Shown: positions 46,850-58,487, counted from the first letter of the stretch. The stretch is 64,000 nucleotides of DNA from an uncultured Planctomycetota bacterium (GCA_903901045.1 CAIUPP010000109.1:6407-70406); one strand, 5' to 3'. Translations and numbers: made by a program. The notes: generated from the sequence alone by a model not told the origin.

Positions 46850-49777
46850 TCAATCAAGGAGGACCATCCGATAGGTTCTGGCTGGAACCGCCAACTTAAC
46901 GCCTTGATCGGAAATCGGCAATAATGATTCGTCCATGGGATTCCGGGCCTTCAGCGGTGCGCCCAGCCCCAGACGTTTTGCGTCCGCCTTGAGGCTCAAT
47001 TGCGCGTCCACCGTGCCGGTATTGTAAACCACCAGCAATGCGGCGCCGGACCTCTGATACACGCTCACGATGACGTCCTTGTTGTCCGTCGTGACGCCGT
47101 TGGGCTCCCAGTAGGGCAGGAACTTGGCCTCGGCGGCGCCGAACTTGTCCATCGCTTTCCACGCGGCGAAAACGGCGTCGGAATTGCACCAGGTGGGCCA
47201 CGGCGCGATGTCGTGAGTGAGCATCAGCCCCATCAGGCGCTCCGCCGGAAGCGCTTGGAGCCGTTCCGGACCAGTGAACTCCGTCAGGAAGAAGGGCACC
47301 ACACCCCATTGGCGGCCCGTGTGCTCCGCGCGCCATTTGTCGAGCGGAATCACGTTGAGATAGTCCTCCTTCGGGTTTCGCGCGCCCTGGTATTGCTCGC
47401 CGTCGAGCATGCTGTCGGCGAAAGCATCTATCGGGATGATGACGCCGGCCGACATGTGGACGATGATGTGCGGGTCCGGCCGGCGGTCCTGCAAAAGCTC
47501 GCGCACCCGCCGCAGAATTTCCCGGTAGTCCCGGATCAGGTACGTCCCGTGCAGGTCTCCGTTCTCGTCCCGCCAAGCGCAGCCATGGTTTTCCTTGCAC
47601 TCATAGCACAGCCAGCAGTCCACGTAAATGCCATCCACCTGGAATTCATCCACGAACTTTGCGATCTTCCACGCGATGAAGTCACGCCATGCCGCGCTGT
47701 GCGGGCACGCTCCATAGGTGGCGCCGCCCATCGCCATGACGTCGCCGGCGGTGCAGCACCGGCCATGATCGATCCAGTCCCCGCTGTAATAGGGCCACTC
47801 CGGCGCGCCGGCGGAAAAGAAGTTCAAGTTCACATAAGGCACCACGCGGACATTCTTCGCATGGAGGTCCTTCACCAGGGCGCGGAACTTCTCCGGGTCC
47901 GACGGCCACGGATAGCCGTAGTAGCTGAGATGGTCGTTGGACCAGACGAGGCGGATATTGCCCATGCCCAGCGTTTCCATGTCATTGAGCGCGCCGTTTG
48001 GCCGCCACTTGCGCGCCTCCGCCGGACGCGGCTTGACGGGCGTCGCCTGCAGGCCGAAGCTGAACTTGAGCGGCGTCTTGATCAACGTGGACTGATTCAC
48101 GATGGAGATGCGCATGTCCGCAATCTCGCCGTCGCGCACGATAAACTGCCGCGGCTTGGCGGGCGCGCTCGACCATCCCTGCATGGATTCAGCGAACCAC
48201 CCCAGCCCGCGGTCGTTGTCGCCCACCCACAGGAAGGGCTGGAAAGCCACCGACTCATATCCCTTCGCCGGCAGGGTGCCGGCGTTGTCGTCGTCCCAGT
48301 CGCCATTCGTGTGATGGAGATACATGGCCACGGCGGCGCGCACGGGGATGTGGATTGTGACTTCGGTCAGCGACACGGGCGCTTTGGGGGTCAGGGTCAC
48401 TTCCGTCCAGAGCATCCCGTCATATTCGATCGTGGTCTCGGTCGTCAGCCCGATCTCCGGCGCGTCGGCCGAGCCGGCGATCTGCGACCGGGTGGCGGTG
48501 CAACCCAGGACCTTTCCCGCGAGCTTCTGGAAGGCGACTTCCCCCTTGCCCGTTGAAACGCTCACGCGGATGGGTGCGGCCAGAATCGGCTGGCCCGCGC
48601 TCTCAATCTGGGCCGGAAAGGGGCCCGCCCCCATGACGTACTTCCTCCCCCAGCATTCGACGTCGTTGCCGTTCGCGTGCATGGCCGTGAACGGCGCCAG
48701 CACGCGGTCTTCCATGCCGATCCTGTTTCCGATCCACGGCGCATCGGCCGGCTTCGCGAAGGGCAGTTCGACGCTCGCCCTTTCCTTCCCCGCGGCGTCC
48801 AGAACCCTCGCCTTGATTACGACAGCGCCGACCGGCACTTTGCTGATGTTCACGTTGACGCTGCAAACGCCTTCTTTAAAGCTCTCCACCTTGGCGCCGG
48901 CCACCGAGTTGGCGCCGCTGAGCACGTCCACGACCGCCACGACGCCCGGTTCGTTCTCGCCGACGAAGCCCGTGGCATCCACGATCACCGTCCACTCCCC
49001 TTTGGCTGGATGGGGCTGAATCTCCATGCGCGCCTTAGGCTGGAACGTCAGCGGCTTGTCCTGGGCCGCCAGCGCGACCTGATCGTCCGGCAGCGCAAAG
49101 CGGTAGATCTTCACGCCCTGGAGGAGCGTGTGGCTCGTGTGCGGCTTGCTCCACGGCGCGTCGCCGATGGCAAAGTAGCCGGTCAGAGCCTGCGGCAGCG
49201 GCGGCGCCTCGATCTGTTTCTTCAAGACGCCATCGACGTAGAACGCCAGCCGAGTGCGCTCCCACACTCCGGCGAGGTGGTGCCACTGCCCGTCGGTCAA
49301 CGGCGTGCAGTCCGGCCATTGGGCGAAGGCATAAGTGTGCGTGTGGTCCACGCCCGAAAGAAAGCTCGCACCGCCGGTCCAGAACTTGTAGAGCAACAGC
49401 CAGCCGGGGCCTTCTGTCTCGAAGAAAACGTGGTAGGCCTGCTCGTCCTTGGGCCAGTCCACCGCCTTCATCCACATCTCGATCGTGCCCTGACTCATGG
49501 CCATGTGGCCGTTCACGGCGTACTTCACGAGTGCGCCGTCACCGCCGCAGATGAGCGCCTGCCCGGTCCGTCCCGGAGCGTAGGCCACTTTGCCCTCCAC
49601 GGACAGCGGTTTCACCGCTCCGTGCGCGTCGGTCGCATCAAGGGACCCGTTGAAACTCGCCTCGAACAAGGTGGATAGCGGTGCGCTGAGAGCGTTGGTC
49701 GAAGCCAGCCCCAAGAGCATGCTGGCCACTGCCAGGAAGAACGGCCACCGGGACGGGTAAACGAGAGGACGGGACAT
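46850..49777 (-). CDS. Secreted LamG-domain glycoside-hydrolase-like protein (DUF6067-like), paralog A
   Basis: Signal peptide, LamG (GTIEMW, DGQWHHLAGVW..FYVDG), IEYDGMLW, FGLQATPVKP, DGIYVD and DSMLDGEQ. Confidence 0.8.
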   Translation of the reverse strand: MSRPLVYPSRWPFFLAVASMLLGLASTNALSAPLSTLFEASFNGSLDATDAHGAVKPLSVEGKVAYAPGRTGQALICGGDGALVKYAVNGHMAMSQGTIEMWMKAVDWPKDEQAYHVFFETEGPGWLLLYKFWTGGASFLSGVDHTHTYAFAQWPDCTPLTDGQWHHLAGVWERTRLAFYVDGVLKKQIEAPPLPQALTGYFAIGDAPWSKPHTSHTLLQGVKIYRFALPDDQVALAAQDKPLTFQPKARMEIQPHPAKGEWTVIVDATGFVGENEPGVVAVVDVLSGANSVAGAKVESFKEGVCSVNVNISKVPVGAVVIKARVLDAAGKERASVELPFAKPADAPWIGNRIGMEDRVLAPFTAMHANGNDVECWGRKYVMGAGPFPAQIESAGQPILAAPIRVSVSTGKGEVAFQKLAGKVLGCTATRSQIAGSADAPEIGLTTETTIEYDGMLWTEVTLTPKAPVSLTEVTIHIPVRAAVAMYLHHTNGDWDDDNAGTLPAKGYESVAFQPFLWVGDNDRGLGWFAESMQGWSSAPAKPRQFIVRDGEIADMRISIVNQSTLIKTPLKFSFGLQATPVKPRPAEARKWRPNGALNDMETLGMGNIRLVWSNDHLSYYGYPWPSDPEKFRALVKDLHAKNVRVVPYVNLNFFSAGAPEWPYYSGDWIDHGRCCTAGDVMAMGGATYGACPHSAAWRDFIAWKIAKFVDEFQVDGIYVDCWLCYECKENHGCAWRDENGDLHGTYLIRDYREILRRVRELLQDRRPDPHIIVHMSAGVIIPIDAFADSMLDGEQYQGARNPKEDYLNVIPLDKWRAEHTGRQWGVVPFFLTEFTGPERLQALPAERLMGLMLTHDIAPWPTWCNSDAVFAAWKAMDKFGAAEAKFLPYWEPNGVTTDNKDVIVSVYQRSGAALLVVYNTGTVDAQLSLKADAKRLGLGAPLKARNPMDESLLPISDQGVKLAVPARTYRMVLLD

Positions 49778-50164
49778 GACGGTTCGCTCCTCCTGAAGAT
49801 TACAGCATGTTTCATAACTGCCACAATGGCAGGGCGCGCAATTGTTAACCTATTGCATCTAAGCAAGCTACAGCATACGCATTTCGACCAAAATCAGTTA
49901 TGAAACAGCTTCTTGTTGCTCTCACGCGATCTCTCCGCCTCCATCGAGGCGGAACGTACACCGATCTCCAGCCGAGTCGGATTATCCAGAACGTCGTCGT
50001 CCGGTTGAAGGGCATTTCGACGCCTGCCCCGGCGCTTTGCAGAACGGAAGAATATTCGGGCGGCACGGGATGCCCCACCGGATCTTGCGCCCAGGCGCCT
50101 GACAAAACGCAGTCGGCGCTGGAGTTCTTCCCCCAGCGCCGATAGCGTGTGTAAAAATGAGGGT

Positions 50165-51541
50165 TCAATACGTCAGCTTGTTCTCCGCTCCGACGTCAAT
50201 TCCAGCAGTCGTGTCGAACGAATGCCAGACCCAGATCGGGCCGCGGAACGAAAAGGCTGACTCATCATTGTATACCGTCACACCGTTTATCGTCGTAGAT
50301 GCCGTCAGACTGTCCAGATAGGGATTGAAGGTACCCCACGTCGGGACCTGGAGGAAGAACGCAGTGATATTATTATTGTCCAGATTGTAGTAAGTGGAAT
50401 TGTCATTCGCGTTGCTGACGCGCGGCGCCCACATGACCTGCTGCTGGGGATCGCCGTACCACTTGGCGCTCCAGTCACCATAGAGCACGTTGTAGCCGTC
50501 ACGGTGAGCATAGAAGCCGTAGCCGGGGGAGTTGCTGCTGGGGAGGACGGAGGAGCCCGAGCCGGGGTTCAGCGACGCGTCATAGACTCCGGTCAGGGCG
50601 CGGCTGAAGGTGTCCGACACAATCGCGTGGCCCCCCAACTGCTTGGACGTCTTGAACTGCGGTTCGCCCACGTTCTGCGGCACGTGCGGTATGGAAGTCA
50701 ACAGGGCATAGCGCGTACGCGCCGGAGTCACACCGCTGTAAGGAGTCGGATTATTGTAGGCGTAGCCACCCGTAGAAAAGTTTCCTAATGACCCGATGCA
50801 GCTCGCCTGCAGGCGGTAGCTATAGGAAGACTGCATGACTTTTGCGAGGCTGTAGTAGGAGGAGGCGTTGGCTTCCCAGTTGGGCAGCCAGCCGTAGTTG
50901 CCGTGGACAACGGCGTCCGGCGACGTTCCGCCGACCGTCCGAAGATCCGTGACGCTGATGGCGGCGCCATTGGTCTTCGAGAGGTTGAACTCCTGGTCCG
51001 CCGGCATGTTGTTGGCGCTGGGGCAGAAGAACGCGCGGCAGTCCGACACATAGTTGGAAGAGGCCAGGTAGCCCATGCCGACCGGGTTCATCACGGTCTT
51101 GCCCGCCGCATTGGCGCCGGCCCCTACGGCCGCATTCCATCCGCTGAAGATGGTGCGGTAACAGGTCACCGGGCTCAGCCAGGTGCCGTAGAAGGTAAAG
51201 GTGGGATTCGCGGTGTCCGAGATGGTTTGCACGACCGAGTTGGTTCTCGCGTCTGAGGACACGCCATGGTCCACGAAAGCGCCGCCGCTGCTCCCGTTGA
51301 TCGCATACGGCGATTGGCCCCAGGCGTTCCAGTTGGGGAAATATCCGGCGTAGTCGGAAGTGTAGGACTCGAACCCTTTGCTGAACTGGTTGAGATTGTT
51401 CATGCAATTCGTACGGCGCGCCTTTTCCCTCGCCGCGGCCAGCGCTGGCAGGAGCATCCCGGCTAGAATGGCGATGATCGCGATCACGACTAGCAGCTCA
51501 ATCAGCGTAAACGCCTGCCGCCATATTAGGTTCGTTTTCAC
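50165..51541 (-). CDS. Prepilin-type N-terminal cleavage/methylation protein (DUF1559-like, H-X9-DG-like motif)
   Basis: [46 protein letters not shown] and [12 protein letters not shown]. Confidence 0.9.
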   Translation of the reverse strand: MKTNLIWRQAFTLIELLVVIAIIAILAGMLLPALAAAREKARRTNCMNNLNQFSKGFESYTSDYAGYFPNWNAWGQSPYAINGSSGGAFVDHGVSSDARTNSVVQTISDTANPTFTFYGTWLSPVTCYRTIFSGWNAAVGAGANAAGKTVMNPVGMGYLASSNYVSDCRAFFCPSANNMPADQEFNLSKTNGAAISVTDLRTVGGTSPDAVVHGNYGWLPNWEANASSYYSLAKVMQSSYSYRLQASCIGSLGNFSTGGYAYNNPTPYSGVTPARTRYALLTSIPHVPQNVGEPQFKTSKQLGGHAIVSDTFSRALTGVYDASLNPGSGSSVLPSSNSPGYGFYAHRDGYNVLYGDWSAKWYGDPQQQVMWAPRVSNANDNSTYYNLDNNNITAFFLQVPTWGTFNPYLDSLTASTTINGVTVYNDESAFSFRGPIWVWHSFDTTAGIDVGAENKLTY

Positions 51542-51917
51542 ATCCAGACCCTTTCCTGATTGCAGACAAAACTCACCAAGAACCCTGCCGCTTCAGCGCT
51601 TGCGTCCCTTTCCTGCCGAACCCAGGATCACGCTGACGGCGCGAAATCATCTTCGGCCGTCGGTGACAAGTCTCCGTCGCTAACGGAGCGCGGCCCATTC
51701 TCTCTGCAATACTACACAACGGAATTCGGGTTGTCAAGGAAATTTACGCGCAAGCGTTAGCGTGTTCTTTTGGCTCCGCGGTCCCCGAACGGCGCCGCGG
51801 GATTCCCGGCCTGGCGCGTCAATGTAAGCCGGCCAAGTGAAGCGGGCATGCCCCTCCCCGCGTGTTTCGTGCGACGTTTTTCTTGACAAATGCACTCCCA
51901 CAGAGTTAGGTTATGTT

Positions 51918-51933
51918 GAGAAAACGATTGCTC
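51918..51933. promoter_or_regulatory. Candidate LacI-type operator (second copy at 53268-53283)
   Basis: GAGAAAACGATTGCTC and GAGTAAACGATTGCGT each lie just downstream of a TTGACA-based promoter (51883, 53231). Confidence 0.55.
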
Positions 51934-51997
51934 TGTTCTTATATTGTCACGGTGGAAGTTGGCGCACGGCCTTTGGTAAGACGAGGTAACAGAACTC

Positions 51998-53053
51998 ATG
52001 CGCGAGTGCCGAGCTAATCTGAAAGACCTCGCCAGCGAGGCCAACGTGACGGTGGGGACGGTCTCCAAAGCCCTGCGGAATCTTCCCGGGGTTGGCCCCG
52101 GCATGCGCAAGAAAATTCTGGCGCTTGCGAGGAAACACCGGTATGTGCCCAACGCGATGGCCCGGGCGTTGAACTCCGGAAAGACGGGGTTGATCGGACT
52201 CGTGACCCCTTCGGAGATGCATGGGACCGTTCCGTTTGAGTCGTTCCCCCTCATGCAAGCCCTCGCTGAACAGCATGGCAAGCGGATCATCCACCTCCCG
52301 TTCGAGAGCGGCGACTTCATGGCCCTCGCCAAGATCGGCTATGAACAGCAGTGGGAGGGAATGCTTCTGTCCATCAACCAGAATATGATTCCCTTCAACC
52401 CCCGGAAGTTCCACAAGGCCATCCGAATTCCGGTGGTCGGGGTGGACCTCTTGCCGGACTGGGATAAGGACATGGATACGGTATCGTATGACCGGGGGCA
52501 CGGAGTGCGGCTGATTCTGGACCATGCGGCTCAGCGCGGCGCGCGCACCGTGGGGCTGATTGCGCCGAACGACGCCGGCCATCCCCACCCGCCCAAGTTC
52601 GCCAATCTCAGGAATGAGCTGCATGCGCGAGGGATGGAATTGGTCTTCAGCGAGCAGATCGACATCGACGTTGCCCCGGTGCTCTTCAGGTCAGCCTATC
52701 AGACGATGGAACGGGTGCTGGCCAGCGGGCGCCGCGCGGACCTTGTGATGGGCGGCACCGACCCCGTGGCGCTGGGCGTTCTGAACTGCCTCAAGGACCA
52801 CGGCTGCCGGGTCCCGCACGATGTCTCGGTGACCGGTTACGACAACACGAATGAATCTCAGTACGCAGTCCCCACGATGACGACCGTTCAGCGCCCGATC
52901 AACGAGATGATTCATCTGGCCTGGAGCATCCTGCGCCAGCGTCTCTCCGGCACAGCCGGAAACGCGCAGCACGCGATCCTGCAGCCGGCGCTGGTGATTC
53001 GAGGATCCACCGATCGGCCGGCCGATTCACAGAGCGCGAGCGAAGGGGCGTAA
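51998..53053 (+). CDS. LacI-family transcriptional regulator
   Basis: NLKDLASEANVTVGTVSKAL, YVPNAMARAL, VPHDVSVTGYDN and LVIRGST. Confidence 0.92.
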   Translation: MRECRANLKDLASEANVTVGTVSKALRNLPGVGPGMRKKILALARKHRYVPNAMARALNSGKTGLIGLVTPSEMHGTVPFESFPLMQALAEQHGKRIIHLPFESGDFMALAKIGYEQQWEGMLLSINQNMIPFNPRKFHKAIRIPVVGVDLLPDWDKDMDTVSYDRGHGVRLILDHAAQRGARTVGLIAPNDAGHPHPPKFANLRNELHARGMELVFSEQIDIDVAPVLFRSAYQTMERVLASGRRADLVMGGTDPVALGVLNCLKDHGCRVPHDVSVTGYDNTNESQYAVPTMTTVQRPINEMIHLAWSILRQRLSGTAGNAQHAILQPALVIRGSTDRPADSQSASEGA

Positions 53054-53496
53054 AGTCCTGAACGAATGTCGCGCGGCGTGGAAGGCCATTTAGCCGGGTG
53101 ACGCCGGTCGCACTGGGTTTCACCCACCTTGCGCGGCGCAAAATGATGCCCCGGCGGGCCGCGCCATGGGGCCATCCTGCCCAGCTTCTGCTCCATCAGC
53201 CGCAGTAGGGCGCGCGCAACAGCCTTTTTCTTGACAAGCCTACTTTCGGAGAGTATGATTCGTTGGAGAGTAAACGATTGCGTGATTCTTTCGTTTGCCG
53301 TGGTGTTGATGGAGACAAAACGCCCCCGAAGCAGCCCCGGCGTTTGATCCGAAAACCGGACTGCCTCGTTCCCGACTCAACCCGCCGGCTTCCTGTGTCG
53401 GCTTGTTCCATTCGTGGAAGGATGTTCTGAAAAAATGGCCCACGATGGTCGTGGACCGCGGACGCACCAGGAATTTCCGATCTGGGAGCCACACGC

Positions 53497-54660
53497 ATGA
53501 GGAAACATCGCGTCGCCGTTGTGGGATGTGGGTCATTGGCGCAAGGGGTCCATCTGCCGAACGCGCAGCGGAATCCTCGCATAGAGCTCGTCGCGACCTG
53601 CGATATCAACGCCCAGGCAGCCGAGAACTGTCGCGTCCGATTCGGTGCGCAGCGGGCCGAGACGGATTGGCGCAAGTTGGTCGTCGCCCCGGACATCGAT
53701 CTCTTCATCCTGGCCACTCGCCAGACCCTTCGCGGCGAGTTCATCGCCCCCGCGCTCGAAAACGGCAAGCCCGTCTACACGGAGAAGCCGCTGTCGCCGG
53801 ATTTGGACGACATGCTCCGCATCCTGCGCGCCGTGCGCAAGAGCGGCCTGCCGGTGTGCGTCGGCCACAATCGCCGGTCGAGCCCCGCCATGATCGAATT
53901 CAAACGGCTTCTGGACAAAGCCGTCTCCGGCGTTCCCTCCATTCCCCCCACCGTGAACCGCATGGGGGATCGGCAGCGCCTCCCCGAGGAGAAGCAGATG
54001 CAGCTCCTGATGCGCATCAACGACGACGCCCGCAGTTGGAAATCCTGGGCTTTCTGCGAGAAGGAAAGCATCCTCTTCGCGGAGATAGTGCATTTCATCG
54101 ACCTGGCGCTGTGGATGAACAGGAGCCACCCGGTCCGCGCGTTCGTGGAAGGATCGAACCGCGGCAACTTCACGATCATCCTGCGTTTCGCGGACGGCTC
54201 CATGACCACGCTGCAGCACAGCCTGGTCGGACACTTCGATTATCCCAAGGAGCTGTTCGAGGCCACCGTCAACAACATCACCGTGGCGATGGACCAGTAC
54301 TTCGAGATTCGTCAGTGCGGCATGGCCGACGAAGCGGCCGTGAAGCAGATGCCCTACGCCGCCGGATGCGAGTGGGCCACGAAGACGGGGATGACCGGTT
54401 ACATGCAGTGCGTCGCCGAGGAACGGCAGCGCGCCAAGGCCAAAGGGGACGCGCCGCGCTGGCTCAACGTGAACAAAGGGCATTACGATCATCTGGACCG
54501 ATTCCTGGATCATATTGAGGGTCGCGGTCCCAATCCGTGCGATGTGGAGAGCGCCGTACCGGTCAATCGCCTGGCGCTGAAGCTGCTCGATTCGGCGCGC
54601 CTCGGACTGCCCGTCGCCGTTCAGCCCGAAGACTGGCATCTCCCTCAGCTTGAGGCGTAA
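53497..54660 (+). CDS. Gfo/Idh/MocA-family oxidoreductase
   Basis: VAVVGCG, YTEKP, VGHNRR and HFIDL. Confidence 0.88.
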   Translation: MRKHRVAVVGCGSLAQGVHLPNAQRNPRIELVATCDINAQAAENCRVRFGAQRAETDWRKLVVAPDIDLFILATRQTLRGEFIAPALENGKPVYTEKPLSPDLDDMLRILRAVRKSGLPVCVGHNRRSSPAMIEFKRLLDKAVSGVPSIPPTVNRMGDRQRLPEEKQMQLLMRINDDARSWKSWAFCEKESILFAEIVHFIDLALWMNRSHPVRAFVEGSNRGNFTIILRFADGSMTTLQHSLVGHFDYPKELFEATVNNITVAMDQYFEIRQCGMADEAAVKQMPYAAGCEWATKTGMTGYMQCVAEERQRAKAKGDAPRWLNVNKGHYDHLDRFLDHIEGRGPNPCDVESAVPVNRLALKLLDSARLGLPVAVQPEDWHLPQLEA

Positions 54661-54768
54661 TCTCGTGATTCGCGGACTCAATTCAGTGGAACGCCGGGCA
54701 GGTGCGGCATGTCGCCTATCCGTGGCCTTGTTCTCATGGGAGCCCCTTCCGGGAGAGGAGTAGATTTG

Positions 54769-57687
54769 ATGCGAATCTTGCATGACGCTTTCCGCTCGTC
54801 GACCTTCGTCCTGTCGCTCGCGCTGTTCTTCGGACTCGTCTCGGTCGCATCGGCCGATGAGCCGTTGGTCCTGTTCGAAGCGAGCTTCGATTGCAGTATG
54901 GACGGCACGGACGCCCACGGCGTGGTCAAGCCGCTGTCGGTGGAAGGAAAAGCGGCCTATGACCAGGGGCGAACCGCCCAGGCGCTTGTCTGCGGCGGTG
55001 ATGGTGCGCTCGTCAAGTTCCCTGTAGCGGGCCACATCCTCGCCAGCCAGGGCACGATCGAGATGTGGATGAGAGCCCCGGACTGGCCGAAGGAGGAGCA
55101 GGCCTATCACATCTTCTTCGAGACGGAAGGCCCCGGCCGCATCACGCTCTACAAGTTTTGGACGGGCGGCGCGCTCATTCTCTCCGGCAAGAACTATGGC
55201 GATTTCAGTTGCGCGAAATGGGAGGACTGTACCCCGATCGCCGACGGGAAATGGCATCACCTTGCCGGAACGTGGGACCACAGCCGGCTGGCGTTCTACG
55301 TGGACGGGCAGTTGAAGATGAGCGTGGACAAGCCGATTCTGCCCGATGCGCTCGGCGAATCATTCACCGTCGGCGACGCCCCGTGGACCAAGCCGCACAC
55401 CAGCCACACACTGATCCAGAACGTTAAGGTGTATCGCGTCGCGCTGCCGGCCGACCAGGTCGCCCGGCTGGCGCAAGGCAGGCCGGTGACCTTCTCCAAC
55501 GAGGCTCGCCTGGACATTGAGCCCCGTCCGGCCAAAGGGGAGTGGAGGGTCAGCCTGGATGCCAGCGGTCCGCTCGGCCAGAGCGCGACCGGCAGCACGG
55601 CGGTCGTGGAAGTTATCAGCGGCGGCAAGGCCGTTGTCAGCCAGAAAATCGAGAGCTTCAAGGAAGGCATTGGCGTCGCCGTACTGCCGATTGCGAAGAT
55701 TCCCGTCGGCGACGTCCTGGTCAAAGCCCGGGTTCTCGACGCCGCGGGCAAGGAGTTGGCGAGTCCGCAACTCCCGTTCAAGCGGCCTGAGGATGCGCCG
55801 TGGGCCGGCAACAAGATCGGGATGGATGATCGGGTGCTGGCGCCGTACACACCCATGCACGTGGCCGACGGCAATGCGGTCGAGTGCTGGGGACGGAAGT
55901 ACGTCCTGGGCGGCACGGGACTTCCAACTCAAATTGAGACCGCGGGGCAACCGGTGCTTGCCGCGCCGGTCAACATCAGCGTAACCACGGCCCAGGGGGA
56001 TGTCGCATTCCAGAAGGTCTCGGAGAAGATCGTCAGTTCTTCGGCCACCCGGGTGAAGGCCGTGGGATCGGCGGAATCCGCCGCGGTCACCCTGTCCATG
56101 GAAACCACCATCGAGTATGACGGCATGCTCTGGACGGATGTAACACTCACCCCGACCGCTCCGACGACGCTGACGGGTGTGACCATCCGCGTGCCTGTCC
56201 GGTCCGCGAACGCCCTGTACGTGCATCATGCCAACGGCCACTGGCAGGATGACGGCGCGGGCAACCTGCCGGCCGATGGATATCAGTCGCTGGTGTTCCA
56301 GCCGCTCATGTGGCTCGGCGATAATGAGCGCGGACTGGCCTGGTTCACCGAATCCAACCAGACTTGGTCGAACGCCCCCGGCCAGCCGATGTATCGCATT
56401 GTGAGGACCGGCGACGCGGCGGAAATGCAGATTTACATCGTCAACCGTTCCACGCTGATCAAGACTCCTTTGAAGTTCTCGTTCGGCCTGCAAGCCACGC
56501 CCGTCCAACCCCGCCCGGCCAACGCCCGAAGCTGGCGGATGGGGGGGGCCTATGACAATATGGACGACCTGGGCATGGGCAACATTCAGATTGTGTGGGC
56601 CTATCACATGATCGCCTATGGCTATCCGCAGCCGAAAGACCCGGCGAAATTCCGCGCGATGGTGGCGGATCTCCATGCGAAAAACATCCGGGTGGTGCCC
56701 TACGTGAACCTGAACTACTTCTCCGAGGGGGCACCGGAGTTTGCGTACTACAGCCCGGACTGGATTGACCGCAGCCGGAACGTAAGCGGCGGAGACGTTG
56801 GGGAAATGGGCCACACCACGTATGGGGCTTGCCCGGGCAGCGCCGCGTGGCGCGATTTCGTTTCCTGGAAGATCGCCAAGTTTGTGGAAGAGTACCAGGT
56901 GGACGGTCTCTACGTGGACTGCTGGATGCCCTTCCAGACCTGCGACGAAGATTACGGCGGCTCCTGGCGCGATGAATTTGGCGGCCTGCACACCGTGTAC
57001 CAGGTCCGGGCCTACCGCGAAATCCTCCGGCGCGTGCGCGAACTCCTCCAGGACCGCCGGCCCAACGTGCACATCATGGCCCACATGTCGCAATGCATCG
57101 TCATCCCCACGCTTTCCTTCGCCGACAGCATGCTCGATGGCGAGCAATACCAAGGGCCCCTCTGCCCGAAGGACGATTACCTGAACGTGATCCCGTTGGA
57201 CAAATGGCGGGCCGAGCATATGGGCCGCCAGTGGGGCCTCGTTCCCTTCTTCCTGTGTGAGTTCCTGCCCGCGGATCGCACCGATCTGGCGGTTGGTCGG
57301 CTAATGGGACTTCTGCTCGCGCACGATATCACCCCCAGTCCCTTGTGGTGCAAGTCCAGCGTCGTCTTCAACGCCTGGAAAACGCTCGACAAGTTCGGCG
57401 CCGTCGACGCCGACTTCCTTCCGTACTGGACGCCGAACGGCGTGACGACGGACAACAAAGACTTCATTGCGAGCGTCTACAAGAAGCCCGGCAAGGCGCT
57501 GCTGGTGGTTGTGAACAGCGGGAATGCCGATGGGCAGGTGAGCATCAAAGTGGACGCGAAGCAGTTGGGCCTCGCCGCCAACGCCTCCGCCAAAGACGCG
57601 TATGATGATTCGCCGGTTCCCGTGGCGGAGCAGAGCTTCAAGCTGAGCATCCCGCGTCACGGCCACAAGCTGTTGGTGCTGCAATAA
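54769..57687 (+). CDS. Secreted LamG-domain glycoside-hydrolase-like protein (DUF6067-like), paralog B
   Basis: Collinear with 46850-49777, sharing QALxCGGDGALVK, STLIKTPLKFSFGLQATPV, DLHAKNxRVVPYVNLN and DYLNVIPLDKWRAEH. GAGGAG RBS. Confidence 0.8.
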   Translation: MRILHDAFRSSTFVLSLALFFGLVSVASADEPLVLFEASFDCSMDGTDAHGVVKPLSVEGKAAYDQGRTAQALVCGGDGALVKFPVAGHILASQGTIEMWMRAPDWPKEEQAYHIFFETEGPGRITLYKFWTGGALILSGKNYGDFSCAKWEDCTPIADGKWHHLAGTWDHSRLAFYVDGQLKMSVDKPILPDALGESFTVGDAPWTKPHTSHTLIQNVKVYRVALPADQVARLAQGRPVTFSNEARLDIEPRPAKGEWRVSLDASGPLGQSATGSTAVVEVISGGKAVVSQKIESFKEGIGVAVLPIAKIPVGDVLVKARVLDAAGKELASPQLPFKRPEDAPWAGNKIGMDDRVLAPYTPMHVADGNAVECWGRKYVLGGTGLPTQIETAGQPVLAAPVNISVTTAQGDVAFQKVSEKIVSSSATRVKAVGSAESAAVTLSMETTIEYDGMLWTDVTLTPTAPTTLTGVTIRVPVRSANALYVHHANGHWQDDGAGNLPADGYQSLVFQPLMWLGDNERGLAWFTESNQTWSNAPGQPMYRIVRTGDAAEMQIYIVNRSTLIKTPLKFSFGLQATPVQPRPANARSWRMGGAYDNMDDLGMGNIQIVWAYHMIAYGYPQPKDPAKFRAMVADLHAKNIRVVPYVNLNYFSEGAPEFAYYSPDWIDRSRNVSGGDVGEMGHTTYGACPGSAAWRDFVSWKIAKFVEEYQVDGLYVDCWMPFQTCDEDYGGSWRDEFGGLHTVYQVRAYREILRRVRELLQDRRPNVHIMAHMSQCIVIPTLSFADSMLDGEQYQGPLCPKDDYLNVIPLDKWRAEHMGRQWGLVPFFLCEFLPADRTDLAVGRLMGLLLAHDITPSPLWCKSSVVFNAWKTLDKFGAVDADFLPYWTPNGVTTDNKDFIASVYKKPGKALLVVVNSGNADGQVSIKVDAKQLGLAANASAKDAYDDSPVPVAEQSFKLSIPRHGHKLLVLQ

Positions 57688-57785
57688 CAGAAGGGCGCGG
57701 CGCGATTGGCGGGCGCATGGCTCCGACAGGGGGCCATGCGCTCCGTGCGCTGACGGAGAAGCACCCTGAAAGGATGAGGCGTCGG

Positions 57786-58487
57786 ATGCTGAAGTGCGTC
57801 GAAAAGCTCAAAGCCGGCCAGCACATCACGATCGTGGCCCTGGGGGACTCGGTTACGGAAATCACTTTCCATACCCGGGGGCATATGAATTGGGTGGGCT
57901 TGCTGTCCGAGGCGATCTTTGAGGCCTATGGCGCCGGCGTCTGCACCATGATCAACTCCGGCAAGTGCGGCACGACGGCCTGCGACGCGCTGAAACGGCT
58001 CGACCGCGACGTGCTGCGCTTCCAGCCCGATCTCGTGATCATCTCCTTCGGCCTGAACGACGCATACGGCGGGTTGGAAGCCCTGCCTGTCTTTCGTCAA
58101 GGAATCAGCGAACTCGTCCGGAGAATCCGGGAGCACAACGGCGCCGAAATCCTGATCCGAACGCCCAACCCGATCGTCACGGCGCACGGCCTTCCACTTC
58201 CGCCGGAGCAGCCGCAGGTGGGGAGGCCGTGGAATTCCTCCAAGCACCCGGTCAAGGAGTACGCGGCGGCTTTGCGTGAACTGGCCGGAGAACTCGCGTG
58301 TTCGGTGGTGGATCACTACTCCCTGTGGGAGAATTCGGAGCAGCCGTTCAAGCAATCGGTGGCGAACCCGCAGGGATTGTGGCCGCGAATGTCGGATGCC
58401 CTCCATCCGGGTCCGCTGGGACACCGGATGTTCTTCCGTGAGCTCGCGCCGCTCTTCCAGGTCGCGCCTCGTTTTCCCTGGGAATAG
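57786..58487 (+). CDS. SGNH/GDSL hydrolase
   Basis: ALGDSVT, NSGKCG, FGLND and DALHP. The start is uncertain because the ORF opens at 57717. Confidence 0.85.
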   Translation: MLKCVEKLKAGQHITIVALGDSVTEITFHTRGHMNWVGLLSEAIFEAYGAGVCTMINSGKCGTTACDALKRLDRDVLRFQPDLVIISFGLNDAYGGLEALPVFRQGISELVRRIREHNGAEILIRTPNPIVTAHGLPLPPEQPQVGRPWNSSKHPVKEYAAALRELAGELACSVVDHYSLWENSEQPFKQSVANPQGLWPRMSDALHPGPLGHRMFFRELAPLFQVAPRFPWE

